Positions 7,328 through 13,734 of a DNA stretch of 13,734 nt are shown here, one piece after another; the stretch's first letter is position 1, and every line of letters begins with the position of its first letter. Origin of the DNA: Chthoniobacteraceae bacterium (lineage in GTDB: Bacteria > Verrucomicrobiota > Verrucomicrobiia > Chthoniobacterales > Chthoniobacteraceae). The stretch is from the NCBI GenBank assembly GCA_031409335.1, contig JANNWY010000135.1:1-13734 (forward strand). The letters are read 5' to 3'. Below the pieces are notes generated by a model that was given only the letters and a program-made list of their open reading frames with translations, was not told the origin of the DNA and made no database searches. Position numbers and translations under genes: made by a program.

Positions 7328-9817
7328 ATGAACTCTCCAAAATCGTCCGTCGCTCTCGCCTTGATTTTCGTCGCCCTGCCCGCCGTCGCGGCACCGAAGG
7401 AGGCGAAGGTCGAAAAATTCACAACACCCGCGAAGGCAATGGCAAAGGGGGTTTCGGGCTGGTTGAGCTGGCGCGGGCCGCATCACAACGGGACGACGGA
7501 TGAGAAGGGGCTGCCCGACAAGGTGGACGGAAAGGCTCCGCTGTGGACGGCGGATTTTCCGGGGCAATCCGCGCCCGTCATCGCGAATGGGAAGCTCTAC
7601 ATCAATGGCTACGTGGGCGATGGGGCGGACTTGCGCGAGGGGGTGACTTGCTTCGATGCGGAGACGGGCAAGCAGCTTTGGCAACACCTCGAAAGCGACT
7701 TTCTGAGCGACACGATTTACCTGCGCTACTCGACTTCCGCGCCGTCGATCGACGCGGAGACGGGCAATGTCTATGTGCTCGGCACGCAGGGGCTGCTCTC
7801 GTGTTTCACCAGCGATGGCAAGCTGCTGTGGCAGCACTCGATGATGGAGGAATACGGACGGCTCACGTTCCCAAACTCGCGCACGGCGACGCCGGTGATC
7901 GACAAGGAACTCGTGATCACGCGCGGCATCACCTCCGCTTGGGGCGCGTATGGTCCGGCGGGGGATCGCTTTTATGCGTTCGACAAAAAGTCGGGCGAAC
8001 TCGTGTGGTCGAGCGCGCCGGGTGAGCGGCCGCAGGATAATTCGTTTTCACATCCGCTGCTGACGTGGATCGACGGAAAACGTGTGCTGATCAGCGCGGG
8101 CGGGGATTCGACGCTCGTCGGGATCAATGCGCGCACGGGCGATCCGCTGTTCCGTTTCCCGGTCGCGAAGGCGGGCGCGAAGGGTGGCATCAATGCTGGT
8201 GTGGTGCGCTACAAGGATTCGCTGCTCGTCATCCACGAAAGCGAAAATCTCGACACGAGCGAAGTCGGTCGCAGCGCTGCGTTCAAAATCCCGACCGGGA
8301 TCAAACCGCCGGAGCCAGGCAAACCGCAGGTTTTTGAAACGAAAGATCTCGAACTCTGGCGCAACCCGCTCGGCAATCTCGCGTCGTCGCCGTGCCTCGT
8401 GGGGAATCGCATGTATGAAGTGACCGGCGTCGGCGAACTCGGCTGCGTGGATGCGGATACGGGGAAAATCCTGTGGCGGCAAAAGCTCGGTGTCGAGCAG
8501 CGGCAGTCGTCGCCATTTTTCGGGGATGGAAAATTGTATGTCGCGTTTTACATCGCCGACGCGACCGCCGCAGCGAAGCAAGAGGACACGGAAGTGAAGG
8601 GCGGCGATGGCGAGCTGTTCATCATCAAGCCGACGCACAAAGGCCCGGAAATCCTGAGCCGCACCAAGCTGGAAGGCCGCTGCTACGGCTCGCCGATCGC
8701 CTACAACGGCAAGCTCTACGTGCAGACCGACAAGAAGCTCTACTGCTTCGGAAAAAAGGGCGCGAACAAAGGTCTCGCCGCCGCGCCCACGCCGGAGGAA
8801 TGGCCGAAAGCCGGCCCCGCCGCGAAGCTGCAACTCATCCCCGCCGAAGCCTTCCTGAAACCCGGTGAAAGTGCGCCGGTGCGCGTGCGCACGCTGGACG
8901 CGAATGGCTTCACCGTGGATGAAAACGCGGACGTGAAGCAGGTGATATTCGAGTCTTACATTCCGCCGACCGCGCTCGTGAAAGCGACCATGAAAGGCAC
9001 GTTCGACGCCGACGGAAAACTCGTCGCCGATCCCGCGCCAGTCCCGACCGCGGGCGCATTCAAAGGCACGCTGAAAGTCGGCGACGCGGAAATCTCCGGC
9101 ACCATGCGCGGGCGCGTCCTGCCGGGGTTGCCGATGAAGTTCGATTTTGAAAATGCCGAGATCAAGGAAACCACCGGCCCCGGCCTCGGCAACGAAGCCG
9201 TGGCGCTCGTCCCCGCCGCACCCGGCGCACCCGCGCCGCAGCCCGGCCCCACAAATTGGAACGTCGTCGAGCCACCCACACCCTTTGCCTACCCACCGCT
9301 CGCGTGGAGCGGCGCGCGCTTCCGTTTTGAAGTCCGCGAAAAGGACGGCAACAAGGCGTTCTGCAAAACGATCGACAACAAACTCTTTCAGCGCGGCCAG
9401 GTTTTCATCGGCCATCCCGACGAAAAAAACTACACGCTCGAAGCCGACCTGATGAGCGAAGGCAACAAGCGCAAAAGCACCGAACTCGGGCTGATCAACC
9501 AGCGCTATCAGATCATCCTCAAGCCGAACTTTCAGCAAATCGAAGTGAACTCGAATCAAGAGCGGCTCAAGGTTCAAGCGCCGTTCGCGCTTTCGCCGAA
9601 TATCTGGTACCGCCTGAAAACGCGCGTCGATGTCGCCGCCGACGGCTCCGGCGTGGTCCGCGCAAAAGCGTGGAAAAAAGACGAAGCCGAGCCCGCAGCC
9701 TGGACCATCGAAGTCCCGCATAAAACCGCCCACTCCCACGGCTCCCCTGGCCTCTACAGCCTCACGCCGCAGGAGCAGCGCGGGTGGATCGACAACATCG
9801 CGGTCACGCCAAACTGA
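7328..9817 (+). CDS. Secreted PQQ-like (BamB-type) beta-propeller repeat protein with a probable Ig-like middle region and C-terminal lectin-like beta-sandwich (829 aa)
   Basis: Signal peptide MNSPKSSVALALIFVALPAVA, N-terminal WLSWRGPHHNG motif, and repeated propeller blades (CFDAETGKQLWQ, AFDKKSGELVWS, CVDADTGKILWR). The C-terminus resembles a ConA/DUF1080-like fold (NYTLEADL, WYRLKTRV, WIDNIAVT). Confidence 0.88.
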   Translation: MNSPKSSVALALIFVALPAVAAPKEAKVEKFTTPAKAMAKGVSGWLSWRGPHHNGTTDEKGLPDKVDGKAPLWTADFPGQSAPVIANGKLYINGYVGDGADLREGVTCFDAETGKQLWQHLESDFLSDTIYLRYSTSAPSIDAETGNVYVLGTQGLLSCFTSDGKLLWQHSMMEEYGRLTFPNSRTATPVIDKELVITRGITSAWGAYGPAGDRFYAFDKKSGELVWSSAPGERPQDNSFSHPLLTWIDGKRVLISAGGDSTLVGINARTGDPLFRFPVAKAGAKGGINAGVVRYKDSLLVIHESENLDTSEVGRSAAFKIPTGIKPPEPGKPQVFETKDLELWRNPLGNLASSPCLVGNRMYEVTGVGELGCVDADTGKILWRQKLGVEQRQSSPFFGDGKLYVAFYIADATAAAKQEDTEVKGGDGELFIIKPTHKGPEILSRTKLEGRCYGSPIAYNGKLYVQTDKKLYCFGKKGANKGLAAAPTPEEWPKAGPAAKLQLIPAEAFLKPGESAPVRVRTLDANGFTVDENADVKQVIFESYIPPTALVKATMKGTFDADGKLVADPAPVPTAGAFKGTLKVGDAEISGTMRGRVLPGLPMKFDFENAEIKETTGPGLGNEAVALVPAAPGAPAPQPGPTNWNVVEPPTPFAYPPLAWSGARFRFEVREKDGNKAFCKTIDNKLFQRGQVFIGHPDEKNYTLEADLMSEGNKRKSTELGLINQRYQIILKPNFQQIEVNSNQERLKVQAPFALSPNIWYRLKTRVDVAADGSGVVRAKAWKKDEAEPAAWTIEVPHKTAHSHGSPGLYSLTPQEQRGWIDNIAVTPN

Positions 9818-10327
9818 ATGTGGCACAGGCTTCCCAGCCTGTGATCCTCCAGCCTCACACCCTCGCTTTTCTCGTGCGCTTGCGCGCGGACAGAGCATTG
9901 CGCCTTCGGCAGGATGGTGAGTGCGTAAGGCTCGATGGTCATCAGGCAGCCGGTCAGCTCCGCCATGTATTTGAGCGCATCCATGAGTCCCACGTTTTTG
10001 AGCGAAAGGGTGATCCGTTTTTCATCCAAGTCGCCAACGGTCGAGGGCAGTTTCAAGACGAAGCTCATCCCGCGCTGCGCCGGATCGGGCTCCGTGGTGT
10101 CCAAATCACCAACTTTTTTCTGTAGAAAACCGACCGCTTCCCGCACCGCCGCGTCGCGAAACTCGAGTCGCGGAATCACGATGGTCTCCAGCTTCTTCGT
10201 CAGTTTCGCGGCGGCTCCTTCCTCCGACTCGACTGCCGGATTCCGCGCGCAGTCTTCGTCCGCGCCGAGTTTGCGAGAAGTCCGCGGATGGCGAAGGAGA
10301 GAAAGCTGCGTGGACTGGGGAGTTCAT
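9754..10327 (-). pseudogene. Disrupted small exported protein with a secretin N-terminal (STN/N0-like) domain resembling that of verrucomicrobial Amuc_1098-type secretins
   Basis: 10197-9904 reads KKLETIVIPRLEFRDAAVREAVGFLQKKVGDLDTTEPDPAQRGMSFVLKL...RITLSLKNVGLMDALKYMAELTGCLMTIEPYALTILPK. This frame is closed by TGA at 10326-10324 and has no ATG upstream of the domain. The ATG at 10327 and a signal-like stretch lie in the two other frames. The 3' end runs through a repeat and overlaps the convergent gene by 64 nt. Confidence 0.6.
9820..9847 (+). repeat. REP-like palindrome, family A
   Basis: GTGG-CACAGGCT-TCCC-AGCCTGTG-ATCC starts 2 nt after the TGA at 9817 and has an 8-bp perfect stem. Related copies are at 181-203, 7186-7198 and 12815-12842. 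Confidence 0.75.
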
Positions 10328-10369
10328 CGACCAGCGATTGTGCGACGCTTGGCAGGCCGCCGGCTCAGG

Positions 10370-10445
10370 CGCGCGGAGCGTTCGGAGTTCCGCGTTTACG
10401 CGGCTCAGACCGCCTGAAGGCGGAACTCCAAACTTGCTCCGCGCG
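10370..10445. repeat. REPIN-like inverted doublet of REP palindromes, family B
   Basis: GTTCGGAGTTCCGCGTTTACGCGG (10380-10403) and the reverse complement of 10410-10433 (GTTTGGAGTTCCGCCTTCAGGCGG) are separated by 6 nt. The flanks CGCGCGGAGC / GCTCCGCGCG extend the outer stem. Confidence 0.8.
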
Positions 10446-10521
10446 ATCCGCCGAAAGCTGATGTCGGAATGGGAACCCGAATCGTGTGTGGTGCGCGAGG
10501 AGCCGTCGGGGAAGTAGGCCT

Positions 10522-11574
10522 TTACTCCCCGCGATACCCGCGCCAGAGCCACACGAGCGTATCGGCGAGCGTCTGGTTGAAGACTTTCCCGTCGCAGTGG
10601 CCGGTGGCTTTGCTGAAGACGTAGCGGTGATGATACCCCTTCGCCGTGAGAGCGGCGGAGGTGCGCTGGCCGGCCATGACCCAGTTATGGTGGCCGTCCT
10701 CAGAGGCCTTGGCGCCGTTGTCGTTTTCGGAGCAATGCGTGAAGATCCGCAGGGGCTTGGGTTCGCTTTTCTCGATGAGCTTCATGTCGGAGTGAAACTC
10801 CCAGGCGCCGAGGGGATACTTGGCTTCTTCCGGCGCGTCGTCATCCTGCTGATCCACAAAGGTGCCGGAGTAGGCGATGATGCGGCGGAAGAGATCGGGC
10901 CGCGACCAGCCCATGATGAGCGCGGCGGCTCCGCCGGAGCTGCAACCCATCGCGGCGCGGCCCCATGGGTTTTTGGTGAGGGTGAGCTTGGGGTAGGCGG
11001 CTTTGAGGTCGGGGTGGGCGAGGACGGCGGGGAGGACTTCGTCGTTGATGAAACGCGCGAGGCGGTCGGACATTGTGTCGTATTCGAGACCGCGCTGGCT
11101 GTTCTTTCCGTCGTTGCCGCCGTTTTCCACGGCGATGGCGATGAAGACGGGCAGCTTGCGATTCGCGTCTTTGGAAATGGTGAGGTTGTCGAGCGCGTTG
11201 CGCACTTGCTTCATCTGGCCGGGGCCGTCGTGGATGATGAGGAACGGGGCGGCGGTGCCGTCTTGGTAAGCGGCGGGGACATAGACGAAAATCTTGCGCT
11301 CGGTGCGGACGGCCTTTTTCTCCGGCTGAAGCGTCGTGTCGTCGCCGCGGAAGATTTTGCTGTCGGCGAGCTTCATGGTGAACTCGAAGGATTTGCCCTT
11401 GGGATTGCCGAGGTCGGTGAGGTCTTTGTCGGTGGTGTATTCGGGGCCGACGGTGAATTCGCCATCGCCGTCCGCGCCGGGATTTTCGGTGAAGGCGTCG
11501 GCGGCGCTGGCGGGGTGAATCGTGAGGCTGAGGACGGCGGCGAGCGCGCAGCAAAGGCGGAGGGAATGGTGCAT
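10522..11574 (-). CDS. Secreted alpha/beta-hydrolase, enterochelin esterase (Fes)-like putative esterase (350 aa)
   Basis: ATG at 11574 gives the signal peptide MHHSLRLCCALAAVLSLTIHPASA. Motifs include RKIFVYVPAAY, IIHDG, QRGLEYD, nucleophile elbow GCSSGG, RPDLFRRIIAYSGTF and C-terminal GH. The longer start at 11835 crosses a repeat element. Confidence 0.88.
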   Translation of the reverse strand: MHHSLRLCCALAAVLSLTIHPASAADAFTENPGADGDGEFTVGPEYTTDKDLTDLGNPKGKSFEFTMKLADSKIFRGDDTTLQPEKKAVRTERKIFVYVPAAYQDGTAAPFLIIHDGPGQMKQVRNALDNLTISKDANRKLPVFIAIAVENGGNDGKNSQRGLEYDTMSDRLARFINDEVLPAVLAHPDLKAAYPKLTLTKNPWGRAAMGCSSGGAAALIMGWSRPDLFRRIIAYSGTFVDQQDDDAPEEAKYPLGAWEFHSDMKLIEKSEPKPLRIFTHCSENDNGAKASEDGHHNWVMAGQRTSAALTAKGYHHRYVFSKATGHCDGKVFNQTLADTLVWLWRGYRGE

Positions 11575-11702
11575 GGGGAGTGGTATGCGGGAAACCAAGG
11601 TGCGCAGCAATCCTAAGGAGTTTCCCGTCAAGGCGATCGCACTGCTCTCTACGTCGGCGCTTGCCAGATGCAGGCACCGCGCCCCGGTGCAACGTCTTAG
11701 TC

Positions 11703-11815
11703 TGTCATTCTGAGGAACGAAGAATCTCCGACCTTTGCGGGCGGATGCGGCGCGGAGCTGGCCGACACTTCTGCTTTCGGAAATAGTCAGAGGTTCTTCG
11801 TGCCTCAGAATGACA
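11703..11815. repeat. 113-bp MITE/REP-like element with 30-bp terminal inverted repeats, family C
   Basis: Left arm TGTCATTCTGAGGAACGAAGAATCTCCGAC (11703-11732) matches the reverse complement of 11786-11815, TGTCATTCTGAGGCACGAAGAACCTCTGAC, at 27/30 positions. It sits between divergent genes. Confidence 0.8.
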
Positions 11816-11908
11816 TTTTTTCGACGCTGTCGCACGCGCGGGAATCCCCACGTTTAACCGCGATTGCTCTGAAGCTGCGGGTAGTCTCTACTCCAGCTTT
11901 CTTTCCCG

Positions 11909-12757
11909 ATGAAACGTCTCCTTCTTTTCCCGTCCCTTTTCCTCCTCGCACTCTGCCTTCGCGCCAGCACATCGTGCAGTTTTGGAGCGATGCCGCAGAT
12001 CATCAATGTCTCGGCTTACGATCCGAAGGAGCGGCATCGTTCCGGGGTCAGTTATTCGGAGCACAATGTCTCGGCGCTGCGGGCGAGTGGCGCGAGCGGG
12101 CTGATCGCGCGGGCGGGGAAGGGCGGGAATCTCGATGAGAAGTGCGCCACGTTTCTCGCGTCGGCGGATCGCGCGGGGATGCTGCCCGGCGTGTATTACC
12201 GGCTGCAAACGCACGTTGATGCCGTTGCGCAGGCGGATCAATTCATCTCGCGCGCGCAATCGCTGGCCCGCAGTCGCCCGTGGAATGCACCCGCGCTGCT
12301 GCTCTGCGCGGATTTCGATGCGCACTCACGCCTGTCCGACATCCTGCGTTTCGCGGGCCGCATCGAGAGCCGCACGGGCGTCGTGCCCGTCGCGTATTTA
12401 GAAAACAGCACGCACTTGAAACGCCTCCTTGGCGGTGCGGATGCGGCCACGAAAGCGAAGCTCCGCCGCATGCCCTACTGGGCGGCGCTTTACTCTCACA
12501 CGACTGGCGCGGGTGATGGATTTTCCGCAGCGGGCAGTCCGGGCGGATTGGTGAAGCAGTACGGCGTCTGGTCCAACTGGACGCTGTGGCAATACGGCGG
12601 CGTTGATTGGGAGCGCGGTCGCTCGCGGCCCAAGGTGTACCACAGTTTCCCGAGCTACTTCGGCAATATCGACCGCCCGCTGGAGCGCAATGTTTTCAAC
12701 GGCTCGCACGCGTCGTTGCAGAGTTTCTGGCAGCGCCACGGTCTGCCGCTGCGGTAA
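11909..12757 (+). CDS. Exported glycoside hydrolase family 25 (Chalaropsis-type lysozyme)-like protein (282 aa)
   Basis: Signal-like N-terminus followed by the GH25 pattern IINVSAY, AGMLPGVYY, AVAQADQFI, LCADFD, TGVVPVAY, YWAALY, WSNWTLWQY, ERNVFNGS. Confidence 0.8.
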   Translation: MKRLLLFPSLFLLALCLRASTSCSFGAMPQIINVSAYDPKERHRSGVSYSEHNVSALRASGASGLIARAGKGGNLDEKCATFLASADRAGMLPGVYYRLQTHVDAVAQADQFISRAQSLARSRPWNAPALLLCADFDAHSRLSDILRFAGRIESRTGVVPVAYLENSTHLKRLLGGADAATKAKLRRMPYWAALYSHTTGAGDGFSAAGSPGGLVKQYGVWSNWTLWQYGGVDWERGRSRPKVYHSFPSYFGNIDRPLERNVFNGSHASLQSFWQRHGLPLR

Positions 12758-12814
12758 CCCGGACCCGCAGGGGCGGGGAGAAAATGTGATGCGTGCTTTC
12801 CGGCCCGTCTCGTC

Positions 12815-12842
12815 GGATCACGGGTGGAAAAGCCTGTGTCAC
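12815..12842 (-). repeat. REP-like palindrome, family A (degenerate copy, reverse orientation)
   Basis: The reverse complement GTGACACAGGCTTTTCCACCCGTGATCC matches 9820-9847 at 22/28 positions ungapped. Confidence 0.65.
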
Positions 12843-12906
12843 TTTGCATCGCCAACGCAGATGCGCCCGGATACTCACAGCCGGAAACCACGCTGCATTT
12901 GCGACC

Positions 12907-13734
12907 ATGCCCCAACCACTGACCGTCCTCCGCGAAAAAGGAAAAATCCGCAGCCACGTCCGCCAGAAATGGCTCGACGAAACGCCCGAGGAAACCGTGC
13001 GGCAGGAATACCTCTGCCTCCTCGTCAATGAATACGGCTACGCGCTGGCGCAAATCGCCGAGGAGGAAAGCCTCCCCGGCGAACGGGGCAACAAACACGC
13101 GCGCGCGGACTTTGTGATCTGGCGCACCGTGGAGGAAAAGCGCGATGGCAAGACCGCGCTCATCGTCGTCGAATGCAAGGCCGACAACGTCGCCATTGAC
13201 CAGAAGACCTACGCGCATGGCGCGAACTACGCCAACAACGAGCGCGCCAAATTCTTTGTCGCTCACAACCGCCGCAGCACAAAATTCTTCAAGGTCGATC
13301 TCGAAAAGCGGGCGCCGAATTACTCCGAGGTCAAAGACATCCCGCACGCCGACGCCAGCGACAAGGAGATCAAAGACCTGCTCTCCCAGTTGAAGCCTTT
13401 CGAGGGCAAGGAATTCGCCGACCTGCTCCATTCGTGCCACAACGTCATCCGCAACAACGAGCACCTCGATCCCGCCGCCGCCTTCGATGAGATCGCCAAA
13501 ATTCTCTTCATCAAGGTCTGGATCGAACGCCGGCTGAAGGAGCGCAAGGAACGGAACAACCGTTTCACCGTCGATACGCTCAAAGAAGCCGCCAAATTCT
13601 CGAAGAACCCCATCCAATCCCTCTTCGACGAAACCACGGAGGCGTATCGCGCGGACAAGATTTTTGAGGACAAAGAGAAGATCAATCTCCGCCCCGCCAC
13701 CGTCGAGGCCATCGTCGCCAAGCTACAGAGCTAT
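12907..13734 (+). CDS. 5' part of a fused restriction endonuclease / N6-adenine DNA methyltransferase (HsdR-N-like nuclease plus HsdM-like helical domain; type IIG-like), truncated by the window end
   Basis: Manual translation from ATG 12907 gives 276 open codons: MPQPLTVLREKGKIRSHVRQKWLDETPEETVRQEYL...RADFVIW...LIVVECKAD...NYA (PD-(D/E)xK nuclease), then FADLLHSCHNVIRNNEHLDPAAAFDEIAKILFIKV (helical region that precedes N6-MTase domains). The methyltransferase motifs themselves are not in the window. Confidence 0.85.
   Translation, partial: MPQPLTVLREKGKIRSHVRQKWLDETPEETVRQEYLCLLVNEYGYALAQIAEEESLPGERGNKHARADFVIWRTVEEKRDGKTALIVVECKADNVAIDQKTYAHGANYANNERAKFFVAHNRRSTKFFKVDLEKRAPNYSEVKDIPHADASDKEIKDLLSQLKPFEGKEFADLLHSCHNVIRNNEHLDPAAAFDEIAKILFIKVWIERRLKERKERNNRFTVDTLKEAAKFSKNPIQSLFDETTEAYRADKIFEDKEKINLRPATVEAIVAKLQSY

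Noticed and set aside
7440..9817. Apparent shift from G-rich to C-rich synonymous codons along the propeller gene, as a sign of a chimeric gene
   Set aside because: Visual impression only; not quantified and no breakpoint identified.
8048..9898. 616-aa minus-strand ORF
   Set aside because: Shadow of the beta-propeller gene.
10486..11616. 376-aa plus-strand ORF
   Set aside because: Shadow of the esterase gene.
179..12842. Palindromic repeats as a CRISPR array
   Set aside because: Copies are dispersed kilobases apart or inverted, with no regular repeat-spacer pattern and no cas genes.
13098..13107. (CG)5 tract in the RM gene as a phase-variation switch
   Set aside because: Too short, expected by chance in GC-rich DNA, and it encodes the A-R-A before the catalytic Asp with the frame intact.
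12655..13617. 320-aa minus-strand ORF
   Set aside because: Shadow of the restriction-modification gene, whose plus-strand frame carries recognisable motifs.

Overview
GC-rich bacterial window that looks verrucomicrobial (inferred from the PEP-CTERM beta-helix protein and the palindromic repeat types). In order it contains: (1) a 2241-aa secreted protein with autotransporter-associated beta-strand repeats and a PEP-CTERM anchor (minus strand); (2) a divergent secreted PQQ-like/BamB-type beta-propeller protein; (3) an apparently disrupted small gene for a secretin N-terminal-like domain (minus); (4) a secreted Fes-like alpha/beta hydrolase (minus); (5) a GH25 muramidase-like protein with non-canonical catalytic residues; and (6) the 5' part of a fused restriction endonuclease-methyltransferase gene that runs off the window and is absent from the ORF track. 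Every intergenic gap holds a palindromic repeat or half-repeat, from three apparent families. I found no rRNA, tRNA, CRISPR array or transposase, and no clear multi-gene novel system. The best leads are the repeat landscape, a tannase/MHETase-like Cys-Ser...His-Cys arrangement in the esterase, the altered GH25 active site and the frameshifted gene. All family assignments are by motif recognition, not database search.
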